Source of the DNA: Candidatus Lokiarchaeum ossiferum
GTDB taxonomy: Archaea > Asgardarchaeota > Lokiarchaeia > Sigyniarchaeales > Promethearchaeaceae
Length of the DNA stretch: 32,000 nt
Assembly: GCA_025839675.1 (NCBI GenBank)
Contig: CP104013.1
Location: 4,380,001 to 4,412,000, forward strand
Direction: 5' to 3'
Each line of letters starts with the position of its first letter. The first letter of the stretch is position 1. The notes under the pieces were generated by a model. That model saw only the letters and a program-made list of their open reading frames with translations. It did no database searches and was not told the origin of the DNA. Shown one piece after another: positions 1 through 7,849 of the stretch. The position numbers and the translations under genes were made by a program.

Positions 1-501
1 GATAAATCTGGTTCTATGGAAGGAACGAAATTAAAACTCGCAACCTATTCAACCGCGGTGTTATCTTCTTTTCTCAAACGGGAAGATTTTTCAATAGTTC
101 TCTTCGATAGCGATGCTTATAAATTCAAAACCTTCACTTCGCATGTAGATCTCGATACAATCGTAAGTTCCTTATTGGATCTTTCGGCTGAAGGTGGGAC
201 TCAGATCGAACAAACTCTAAACTATGTTGCTCAAGAATGTGCAAAATGCCCCGCGAATCAAAAATTTCTCATCTTTCTTTTTTCGGATTTGGCTGTCTAT
301 GAACAACCTGCCGAACTAAAGACCATTCTAAATCAAATGCAAAAATATCAAATTGATATTCATTTATTTCATCCTGAAAATCCCAATAAACTAATTTTGC
401 AATGTTTAGAATCCATTTTACCCGTCTATGTTCATCACATTACTTCATTAAGCCAGATCCCTCAAATTTTAACTCGAGCTTTTCATACGGCTTTAAAATA
501 A
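1..501 (+). CDS. von Willebrand factor type A (vWA) domain protein, 5'-truncated by window edge
   Basis: Frame 1 is open from nt 1. The first codons encode DKSGSMEG (MIDAS DxSxS motif). Later EGGT and LFSD motifs fit the vWA fold. Stop codon at 499-501. Confidence 0.7.
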   Translation, partial: DKSGSMEGTKLKLATYSTAVLSSFLKREDFSIVLFDSDAYKFKTFTSHVDLDTIVSSLLDLSAEGGTQIEQTLNYVAQECAKCPANQKFLIFLFSDLAVYEQPAELKTILNQMQKYQIDIHLFHPENPNKLILQCLESILPVYVHHITSLSQIPQILTRAFHTALK

Positions 502-620
502 ATGCCATCAATTAAGATGATGCGTATTTTGTGATTTAAACCATGAAAAAAGCCTTCGTGTGTTTCTATCACATCAATGTAGCTGTAAGAAATCTTTTTT
601 AATCCATGATCCCATAAATG

Positions 621-632
621 GTTATAAAAAAA
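621..632 (+). promoter_or_regulatory. TATA-like box (GTTATAAAAAAA) upstream of paralogue A1
   Basis: A/T box positionally equivalent to the one upstream of paralogue A2. It lies only ~11 nt before the GTG at 643, so either the transcript is leaderless or the true start is downstream. Confidence 0.25.
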
Positions 633-642
633 GTGATTTATT

Positions 643-1767
643 GTGAAACTTAAAGTAAATTTTGCTCGAATTGGTGCCCTTTTGTTGATTATCAGTTTTA
701 CTGGTAATGTTTTGGGTTCATTGGTCCAATTTGAACCCGCCTCTTTTAATGTAATTCCTCGATCGAGCCAAAGTGTTCCGATAATTGCTGATCATACGAT
801 TGTTGATCAAGTTCGGTTAGATCTTATCGCTGATGTTGATATCATTAACGCTAAAAATTCTCTTCACATTGCTTACGGCCACACTTCGCATGGGAGTCAA
901 GTTACAGAGGGAATGGCTCCACTTTCTGCTTTTAAAGAAGCCAATGGAGGGACCGAGGGTTTATATGATTGGCATGATGGACCGGAAACGGGATCCTTAG
1001 ATTTGGATGATTACTTCATGAGTGGTGATCTGGGCCATAACGGTGATCTTGCTTGGGCCACTTCAACACGTACATATCTTGATAACAGTGCAAATTCTGA
1101 TGTCAATGTAGTAATGTGGTCATGGTGTGGAGGGGTGTCTGATAACACCGAAGAAGGCATTAATATTTATCTCAATGAGATGAATACCTTGGAATCCGAA
1201 TATCCTGATGTGCAATTTGTTTATATGACCGGTCATGCCTCTTCCTCCGGCACTGGGGAGTTGGGAAACACTCATATTCGAAATCAACAAATTCGCGATT
1301 ATTGTGTTACAAATAATAAGATCTTGTTTGATTTTTATGATATCGAATGTTACAATCCTTCGGGAGACTACTTTGGCAATAAAAATGTAACAGATGCTTG
1401 CTCTTATGATAGTGATGAAAATGGTAGTTTGGATGGGAATTGGGCAACAGAATGGCAAGAACAACATACTGAAGATGTAGACTGGTATTCCTGTGGGGCC
1501 GCTCATAGTGTTGCATTAAATGCCAATATGAAAGCTTATGCTGCGTGGTGGATGTTTGCTGTTATTGCAGGTGCCGATATTAACACAGCAACAACTAATA
1601 CGGATTCCAGTAGTTCCAGTTCTACTTCATCTAACACAGATCCAAGTTCTACAACAACAGGGGAATTTTTAGGGATGAGTTATAACACTCTAATCGGGGC
1701 TGGATTTGGTTTAGGATTTGTTGCAATTGTTGTTACCTTAGGTATTGTTATTAAAAAACAAATGTAA
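643..1767 (+). CDS. Secreted, C-terminally anchored protein with uncharacterised alpha/beta hydrolase-like domain (GHTSHGSQ motif); paralogue A1
   Basis: GTG start followed by a hydrophobic signal peptide (ARIGALLLIISFTGNVLG). A ~300 aa domain has conserved HIAYGHTSHGSQ, VVMWSWCGG, VYMTGHA and SCGAAHS. A Ser/Thr-rich linker precedes GEFLGMSYNTLIGAGFGLGFVAIVVTLGIVIKKQM. Poly-T run directly after the stop. The start codon is uncertain. Confidence 0.75.
   Translation: MKLKVNFARIGALLLIISFTGNVLGSLVQFEPASFNVIPRSSQSVPIIADHTIVDQVRLDLIADVDIINAKNSLHIAYGHTSHGSQVTEGMAPLSAFKEANGGTEGLYDWHDGPETGSLDLDDYFMSGDLGHNGDLAWATSTRTYLDNSANSDVNVVMWSWCGGVSDNTEEGINIYLNEMNTLESEYPDVQFVYMTGHASSSGTGELGNTHIRNQQIRDYCVTNNKILFDFYDIECYNPSGDYFGNKNVTDACSYDSDENGSLDGNWATEWQEQHTEDVDWYSCGAAHSVALNANMKAYAAWWMFAVIAGADINTATTNTDSSSSSSTSSNTDPSSTTTGEFLGMSYNTLIGAGFGLGFVAIVVTLGIVIKKQM
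862..1557 (+). repeat. Dispersed paralogous repeat, copy 1 (matches 3799-4500)
   Basis: Hand alignment of ~265 nt (921-1185 vs 3858-4122) gave about 19 mismatches, i.e. over 90 percent identity. The flanks of both genes are far more diverged. Confidence 0.85.
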
Positions 1768-1809
1768 TTTTTTTTTTAGTTCTACTTATCGCTGACACTG
1801 AGAGGTTTT

Positions 1810-2454
1810 TCATTCTCTTGGGAACAAAATTGCTCTCACTGGGGCAGCTTCCACATTTTCCAAGGCTAAAGGGAAACAGCTTAACCAATATTTTCCTGGT
1901 TTTACTTCATGCAGATTTATTCCTTCTAAGATCAAAATATTTGCCTTTAAGAGAAGCTTATGAATTGGAAATGCGATATTACCAAATTGTTCAATTGATA
2001 AGTAATCAATCCCAAGAAGTTGGAATTTTTTTTTGACACAAAATTCTGCTGCTTCTTCAGAAAGATATGTATAAGTTTCATAAAATTCTTCCCTCAATAA
2101 TAAATTTTTTCGGGAATTTCGGGTTTTAAATAAAATTCCTTGACATTCCGAATCATCCAAGTTTTCAATTGCTTTGCGTTGGATAGATTCCTCATTCGAA
2201 ATTTCAATCACACAAATTGGAATATGAAAACGATCTACTGAAAAATCTTGACTCATCAATCCATTTTTAATAAAATGTCGTGGAAAATCAATATGGGTGC
2301 CAGAATGAACGCTCATATGTATTTTGGATAGATTATAGGCGCATTTGTCTGATATTTCAGCATCTTTTTCTGAGTGAAAAGGTGTATCGCCGGGATAATG
2401 GATCATGGATTTTTTAAGAGGGATACTAATATCAATGAGTGAATGAGGGTCCAT
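1810..2454 (-). CDS. Cyclase-family protein (arylformamidase / kynurenine formamidase-like)
   Basis: HSGTHIDFPRH matches the HxGTHxDxPxH metal-binding motif of the putative cyclase family. GIDYLSIE and the ILILEG region also fit. Confidence 0.75.
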   Translation of the reverse strand: MDPHSLIDISIPLKKSMIHYPGDTPFHSEKDAEISDKCAYNLSKIHMSVHSGTHIDFPRHFIKNGLMSQDFSVDRFHIPICVIEISNEESIQRKAIENLDDSECQGILFKTRNSRKNLLLREEFYETYTYLSEEAAEFCVKKKFQLLGIDYLSIEQFGNIAFPIHKLLLKANILILEGINLHEVKPGKYWLSCFPLALENVEAAPVRAILFPRE

Positions 2455-2520
2455 AGGGAAAAAAGGATGAGAAGGCTTAAGAAAATTGTTTAAATATTAA
2501 ATGCGGTTGTTGCATTCTTG

Positions 2521-3387
2521 TCATAGTTTTCCGGCTTTTTTTTTCGAATTTTCAGTCCATTCGTTAAAATTTTCATCTAACGTTACTAAAAAATCAGAAA
2601 CCGTTGATTTATTCACCAAAAGATATTCCCCTTCAATAGTAAATCCAAATTCAAATGCCCAGTCCACAATTTTACGGTTAAATTCTAGTCCAGACATATT
2701 TAATCCTTCCTGTAACCTATCTAATCGTAACTTAGTTGAAACCTGCAATGTTTTTTTTAACCGATCAATTCGTTCTTTCTGGATTATTTCAGTGAGAGTC
2801 CTAAGTTTTTGCCCTAATAATTCTTGATTCTCAGTATCCTGTTCCAGCAATTTTCCAAAAAGATCTTTCGCTTCTTCATAATTATGTTGAGCTTCGAAAA
2901 GTTCCCCTAAATTGAACACATACTCGAAATCATTTGGATCAGTTTCAATGGCCTTGGTAAAACTTCGTTCCGCCTCTTCCAATTCTTTTATTTCTTTTTG
3001 GATAAGTCCCAAATTATTCCAAGCATGGGCGTTTTTGGGGTTGAGCACTATTGCTTGCTGTAAATAACGATTTGCTTTCTCCCACTTCTGCAGCTGGATA
3101 TAAAGAGCACCCAAGTTTTGTAGAGTTACATCATCATTTGGTCGTATTTCATCCGCTTTAACTAGTAAGCTTTCACAAGGAAACCATTGTTCTTCCGCAA
3201 AATAAATCGAAGCCAATTGAATCATCAAATCCGTATCATTCGGCTCTTTTTCTAACGCCTTTTTATATTTAATTTTTGCTTCTCCAAAATCTCCCATTGA
3301 GTAGAGGTAGTTGGCTGTTTTTTTCAACGATATTGCTTTTTTTTGCTTTCGAAACATAATATAACAACATTCTAACTTTTTTTGCAC
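2521..3387 (-). CDS. TPR-repeat protein with C-terminal winged-helix-like module
   Basis: At least five 34-aa TPR-type units (e.g. AHAWNNLGLIQKEIKELEEAERSFTKAIETDPND). The C-terminal ~90 aa is non-TPR (LRLDRLQEGLNMSGLEFNRKIVDWAFEFGFTIEGEYLLV). The start may instead be the ATG at 3357. Confidence 0.75.
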   Translation of the reverse strand: MQKKLECCYIMFRKQKKAISLKKTANYLYSMGDFGEAKIKYKKALEKEPNDTDLMIQLASIYFAEEQWFPCESLLVKADEIRPNDDVTLQNLGALYIQLQKWEKANRYLQQAIVLNPKNAHAWNNLGLIQKEIKELEEAERSFTKAIETDPNDFEYVFNLGELFEAQHNYEEAKDLFGKLLEQDTENQELLGQKLRTLTEIIQKERIDRLKKTLQVSTKLRLDRLQEGLNMSGLEFNRKIVDWAFEFGFTIEGEYLLVNKSTVSDFLVTLDENFNEWTENSKKKAGKL

Positions 3388-3541
3388 TCTTCTAATTAAT
3401 TCTTACATAGTCTACCCCTTAATTAATTTATCTTGTTTGTGTTTAGATGTAAATCTCTATAGGCACCAAATAGAATTTTTCTATTCATCAGTTTATGCAA
3501 TATTTTTTTAATTGATCGCAGGAATGAAATATGACACAATG

Positions 3542-3555
3542 TTTTTATAAAAAAA
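3542..3555 (+). promoter_or_regulatory. TATA-like box (TTTTTATAAAAAAA) upstream of paralogue A2
   Basis: A/T box 25-38 nt upstream of ATG 3580. GGAAGGAG (3567-3574) is a Shine-Dalgarno-like element 5 nt before the ATG. Confidence 0.35.
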
Positions 3556-3579
3556 CAACTCTAGTTGGAAGGAGTTGCT

Positions 3580-5553
3580 ATGAAACGAATTCGAATTATT
3601 ATGCTCTCATTTTTCATTATGATGGGATCCAGTTTATTTCTCAACCAAAATTCATCTGATACGATTGAACCTCAAAGTATCGATTATAATTTAGCTCCTA
3701 TCAGTCAAGCGGAACCTATTATCGCGGATCACACTATTATAAATACCACTCGATTTGATCAAATTCCTGAATCAATTATTAATCAAACTAAGGATGCCCT
3801 TCATATTGCCTATGGGCATACTTCCCATGGATCGCAAGTTACAGAAGGGATGTCTCCTCTTTCTGCTTTTAAAGAAGCCAATGGGGGGACTGAGGGTTTA
3901 TATGATTGGCATGATGGACCCGAAGCTGGATCTTTAGATTTGGACGATTACTTTATGAGTGGTGATCTGGGTCATAATGGTGATCTTGCTTGGGCCGCTT
4001 CAACACGTACATATCTTGATAACAGTGCAAATTCTGATGTTAATGTCGTAATGTGGTCGTGGTGTGGAGGGGTGTCTGATAACACCGAAGAAGGAATTAA
4101 TATTTATCTTAATGAAATGAATTCTTTAGAATCAGAATATCCTGGAGTCAAATTTGTTTATATGACTGGTCATGCCTCTTCCTCCGGTACTGGGGAGTTG
4201 GGAAATACTCATATTCGAAATCAACAGATTCGCGATTATTGCGTTACTAATAGCAAAATATTGTTTGATTTCTATGATATTGAATGTTATGATCCTGATG
4301 GAAATGAGTATTTTACAAGAAATGTTACTGATGGCTGTTATTATGATGGTGATGGTGATGGTTCATATGATTCTACCTCTAACTGGGCTACCGAGTGGCA
4401 AGATTCACATACGCAAGACGTGGATTGGTATTCTTGCGGTTCAGCTCATAGTCAACCTCTCAACGCGAATATGAAGGCTTATGCTGCTTGGTGGATGTTC
4501 TGTCGCATAGCGGGATGGGATGGTTCGTTTTCTAGTTCGACCGAACCTTCTATCTCAGATGAAATTGGAGGTTTCATAGAATATTCTTCTTCTGTTCCAT
4601 CTTTCACTTGGGATGTAACTAATTTCTTACCTTCACAATATGAAATTTTCATCAATGATAGTGGACAAGGATTGAATATCTCCAGTGATGCATCAATCAC
4701 CTACAATTTTACTGGATACTCTCTTGGCACATATAATATTACATTGAAAGTTTTCAATTCCTCAGGAGATTGGATCCAAGATGATTTGTCTTTGACTATC
4801 CAAGATATGACAGCCCCTATCTTAGAACAACCTTTACAAAATATTATTGCGGGGTTAGATGAAAATCCTATTCCTCTTGCTTGGGACATATTTGATTTGC
4901 TTGGAGATTATTATATTCTTTCATTGAATAGTGTTGTTGAGGTGGAAGCTGTTTGGGATGGTGAAGATCTCTCCTATTCGTTAACGAATCCTGGGATTGG
5001 GGAATATAATGTCTCACTTTTCTTGAATGATACTAGTGGTAATTCGGTGATATTTTCCCAAATTCTCTATATTTCCGATAGTCCACAAATTTTATCCCAC
5101 GAAAATTGTTCATTTGAACAAGGTAGTGAAAATAACTTCATAAATTGGACCTGCTATGATTCAAATCCTGCTTTTTATCAATTTTATGTAAATAGTGTGA
5201 GTCAAGGAATTTTTGCATGGGATGGGGCGGAAATTAACTTTGCATTTGATGGATATGCAATAGGAGTTTACAATTTGACATTGTGGGTGAACGATACAGA
5301 GGGCAATTGGGATCAAGAAACCATTTTTATAACAGTTGTAGCCCAGACAACAACCACAACAGATTCAACAACTACAACAGAAACGTCATCTACTAGTGAC
5401 ACGTCCACGACGACAAGTGATCTGCCACCTTCATCTGAAACAAGTGGGGGATTTCTAGGAATTAGCACAAATACTCTAGTTGGAGCGGGATTTGGTGCCG
5501 GTTTTCTGGGGGTGGTTGTGGTCATGGCAGTAGTAATTAAAAAACAACGATAG
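3580..5553 (+). CDS. Secreted, C-terminally anchored protein: GHTSHGSQ domain plus three Ig-like repeats; paralogue A2
   Basis: ATG at 3580 is preferred over TTG 3565 because of the SD-like GGAAGGAG. Signal peptide MKRIRIIMLSFFIMMGSSLF. Same catalytic-like domain as 643-1767. Three ~90-100 aa repeats each end in G.YN[IVL][TS]L.[VL].N[SD][ST]G[DN]. A Thr-rich stalk precedes GGFLGISTNTLVGAGFGAGFLGVVVVMAVVIKKQR. Confidence 0.8.
   Translation: MKRIRIIMLSFFIMMGSSLFLNQNSSDTIEPQSIDYNLAPISQAEPIIADHTIINTTRFDQIPESIINQTKDALHIAYGHTSHGSQVTEGMSPLSAFKEANGGTEGLYDWHDGPEAGSLDLDDYFMSGDLGHNGDLAWAASTRTYLDNSANSDVNVVMWSWCGGVSDNTEEGINIYLNEMNSLESEYPGVKFVYMTGHASSSGTGELGNTHIRNQQIRDYCVTNSKILFDFYDIECYDPDGNEYFTRNVTDGCYYDGDGDGSYDSTSNWATEWQDSHTQDVDWYSCGSAHSQPLNANMKAYAAWWMFCRIAGWDGSFSSSTEPSISDEIGGFIEYSSSVPSFTWDVTNFLPSQYEIFINDSGQGLNISSDASITYNFTGYSLGTYNITLKVFNSSGDWIQDDLSLTIQDMTAPILEQPLQNIIAGLDENPIPLAWDIFDLLGDYYILSLNSVVEVEAVWDGEDLSYSLTNPGIGEYNVSLFLNDTSGNSVIFSQILYISDSPQILSHENCSFEQGSENNFINWTCYDSNPAFYQFYVNSVSQGIFAWDGAEINFAFDGYAIGVYNLTLWVNDTEGNWDQETIFITVVAQTTTTTDSTTTTETSSTSDTSTTTSDLPPSSETSGGFLGISTNTLVGAGFGAGFLGVVVVMAVVIKKQR
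3799..4500 (+). repeat. Dispersed paralogous repeat, copy 2 (matches 862-1557)
   Basis: See copy 1. The high-identity core is roughly 3799-4282; identity falls 3' of it. Confidence 0.85.
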
Positions 5554-5602
5554 TTATCTTCCTCACAAATCTTTTTTTCATCTTTTACATTAATAAAAAT
5601 AA

Positions 5603-6799
5603 ATGTCAAACTCATCTCGGATTTATTTTGATTACAATGCTACTACTCCAGTACACCCTGAAGTAGTGGACATCATGAATAAATATTACTTGGAAGATTT
5701 TGGTAATCCGGGATCGGTTCATGAGTTTGGGTTAGATGCCCATGAAGGGCTAATCCACGCTAGAAAAACCATTTCTCATTTTATTGGAGCTTCTCCAACA
5801 GAAATTATCATTACTAGTGGAGGTTCAGAAGCTGATAATCTTGCTCTACAAGGTGTGATGTATAAATATCGAGAAATGCATCCCGATGTGGTACCACATT
5901 TAATTATTGATACCATTGAACATCCTGCAGTCTGGGAAACGGCGAATTTTCTCGAACGGGAAGGATTTGAAGTAACTCGGATTCCGGTAGATCGAGAGGG
6001 ATTGGTTAATCCTCAAGACGTGAAAGAAGCAATTAAACCTAATACTGCCCTTATTTCTATCATGTATGCTAATAATGAAACTGGGACAATAAATCCGATA
6101 TCAGAAATTGGCAAAATTGCTCATGATCATCATGTTCTATTTCATACCGATGCGGTACAAGCTATTACGAAAGTCCCGATTAATGTTAATGAAGAAAATA
6201 TTGATTTATTGAGTGTCTCCGCGCATAAATTTTATGGCCCGAAGGGGGTAGGTTTTTTATATGTGAAAAATGCTCCCAGTGCTCAAAATTATGAATGTAC
6301 TGCATCTCAATTGCTCCGTCCGTTGATGTATGGTGGTTCTCAAGAGTTTTCATTACGTCCCGCTACTGAAAACGTGGCTGGGATTGTGGGGATGGGGAAA
6401 GCACTTGAAATAGCACAAAACGACTTTGATGTAGAATATCAACGACTCACTCATATACGAAATAGATTGATCAAAGAAATTTTGGAAACAATCCCAGATA
6501 CTAAATTGAATGGAAGTTTAAAATCACGGATTCCAAATAACATTAATATCTGTTTCAAAGGGGTATTTGCCTATGATTTAATGGTAGAGTTGGACAATCA
6601 TCATATTGCTTGTTCTGTAGGGGCTGCTTGCCATGCAGGGGAAACAAAACCCTCTCGTGTATTGATGGGGATCGGCTTATCTGAGGATGAAGCGGCCAGT
6701 TCTTTGCGATTTAGTATTGGAAGGTGGACTACGGATGAACATGTTGATCAATTATTATCAAATTTAAAAGAATTTGTTCCAAAACTGCGAACTAAATAG
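5603..6799 (+). CDS. nifS: Cysteine desulfurase, NifS/IscS-type class V aminotransferase
   Basis: IYFDYNATTP N-terminus, TSGGSEADN, HTDAVQA, PLP-lysine motif SAHKFYGPKGVG and an active-site Cys loop SVGAACHAG. Confidence 0.85.
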   Translation: MSNSSRIYFDYNATTPVHPEVVDIMNKYYLEDFGNPGSVHEFGLDAHEGLIHARKTISHFIGASPTEIIITSGGSEADNLALQGVMYKYREMHPDVVPHLIIDTIEHPAVWETANFLEREGFEVTRIPVDREGLVNPQDVKEAIKPNTALISIMYANNETGTINPISEIGKIAHDHHVLFHTDAVQAITKVPINVNEENIDLLSVSAHKFYGPKGVGFLYVKNAPSAQNYECTASQLLRPLMYGGSQEFSLRPATENVAGIVGMGKALEIAQNDFDVEYQRLTHIRNRLIKEILETIPDTKLNGSLKSRIPNNINICFKGVFAYDLMVELDNHHIACSVGAACHAGETKPSRVLMGIGLSEDEAASSLRFSIGRWTTDEHVDQLLSNLKEFVPKLRTK

Positions 6800-6812
6800 A
6801 AAAAGGTATCCC

Positions 6813-7760
6813 ATGATTTTTATGAATACTCGACAAATAGAATATGAAATCTTGAAAAGATTATTCAACAAACCTCATTGTGGGTATGATCTATATGTCT
6901 ATTTGGAATTGCTGCAATTAGTGTCTAAACCTTCACAAGTCTATAAAATACTTCAGCGGATGGAAAACCAAGAGATTATCAAGATTCACTCTCTCGAACC
7001 TTCAAAATATGGTAGAAAGAAAAAAAACTATACGATAACACCGAATGGGGAGAGATCGTATTTAAAATCCATTATTTGGAAATTTATTGATTTGGAAGTG
7101 TTATATTCCACTTCAATAATGATTGAAACTCGGAAACAAATTGAAAAACATCCTTTTTATTTTCCATTTAACCAAGGATCTTCGAAATCAAACACTAAAA
7201 TTCTATTTGATCACAGCTATATGTTTTACCCCCAAGAATTATATGAATTTTATGACTTTTTCTCAACCTTTGATTCCCAAGTTAATCTATATTTCAAATT
7301 CCAAAACATGTCGTATTATCAAGGAATCGTGAAAAAATTCAACAAAAAGAATCAAAAGATGCAAATTTATTCCGAAAATTCAAAAATATCCAATTTTTTA
7401 ACATATGAATACATTTTTGCTATAGGTTTTGGTTCAACTAAACTCCTTAGGGAGAAATTTGAAGAACCGTTTGGGTGGCTCTCCCAATTGCAAACAACTG
7501 GAACTTTTTGTTATATCATGCCAAATGAAAGCGAACGAGGTAAATCTGATTCCATCGATTTAATTTTTACTCAATTTAAGCATGAAATTCGGAGAACGAT
7601 TAAAGAATTAGCTGGGGTTTCTTTTGAAGAAGAATTATCTCCAATTCCACAGATTACGGATGAAGAAATAGAGCAAATACTGAAAAAATATTTTAAAAAT
7701 ATCTTGAAATTGTCTATAATGAACGACTTGGTCATTTTCCTCTGTAAAACATGGATCTAG
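6813..7760 (+). CDS. PadR-like winged-HTH protein fused to an uncharacterised ~230 aa C-terminal domain
   Basis: The N-terminal ~85 aa (EYEILKRLFNKPHCGYDLYVYL...YKILQRMENQEIIKIH...KKKNYTITPNGE) follows the PadR pattern. I do not recognise the rest. ATG 6813 was chosen because the ORF-track start 6774 overlaps the nifS 3' end. Confidence 0.55.
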   Translation: MIFMNTRQIEYEILKRLFNKPHCGYDLYVYLELLQLVSKPSQVYKILQRMENQEIIKIHSLEPSKYGRKKKNYTITPNGERSYLKSIIWKFIDLEVLYSTSIMIETRKQIEKHPFYFPFNQGSSKSNTKILFDHSYMFYPQELYEFYDFFSTFDSQVNLYFKFQNMSYYQGIVKKFNKKNQKMQIYSENSKISNFLTYEYIFAIGFGSTKLLREKFEEPFGWLSQLQTTGTFCYIMPNESERGKSDSIDLIFTQFKHEIRRTIKELAGVSFEEELSPIPQITDEEIEQILKKYFKNILKLSIMNDLVIFLCKTWI

Positions 7761-7820
7761 TCCGAAATTGCATTATTTCATAAATTTGGATTTGAAATTA
7801 GGTGCGTTTTGGAGCTATTA

Positions 7821-7830
7821 TTTTTAAATA
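7821..7830 (+). promoter_or_regulatory. TATA-like box (TTTTTAAATA) upstream of the MFS gene
   Basis: Lies ~20-29 nt upstream of ATG 7850, consistent with an archaeal short-leader or leaderless promoter. Confidence 0.35.
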
Positions 7831-7849
7831 AGGGTAAAAACTCAAGAGT

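Noticed and set aside
1120-1516. Two minus-strand ORFs (128 and 69 aa) inside paralogue A1
   Set aside because: They are fully nested antisense to a well-supported CDS. Their translations are low-complexity and Ile/Phe-rich, with no motifs, which is typical of AT-rich shadow ORFs.
1818-2827. Plus-strand ORFs 1818-2036 and 2501-2827
   Set aside because: They are antisense to the cyclase and TPR genes, whose motifs are clear. They have no start context or recognisable domains.
3755-4889. ORFs 3755-3937(+), 4172-4474(+), 4479-4700(-) and 4701-4889(-) inside paralogue A2
   Set aside because: These are alternative-frame or antisense ORFs within a CDS supported by paralogy. The Met/Ile-rich translations look like frame artefacts.
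5330-5450. ACA/ACT/ACG-rich low-complexity DNA (also at 1600-1670 and 26160-26230) that looks repeat-like
   Set aside because: It encodes Ser/Thr-rich stalks. The units are imperfect codon-level repeats, not a spacer-repeat array, so there is no CRISPR-like architecture.
5313-5615. Minus-strand 100-aa ORF rich in Val/Thr runs
   Set aside because: It is the reverse complement of the Thr-rich stalk and anchor of paralogue A2. The VVVV/TTTT runs mirror that low-complexity coding sequence.
6774-6812. Upstream extension of the PadR-like ORF; similar extensions at 9180-9275, 12636-12689 and 26507-26611
   Set aside because: These extensions overlap the preceding gene or add residues ahead of a clean signal peptide or conserved N-terminus. 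The internal ATG starts give better gene models.
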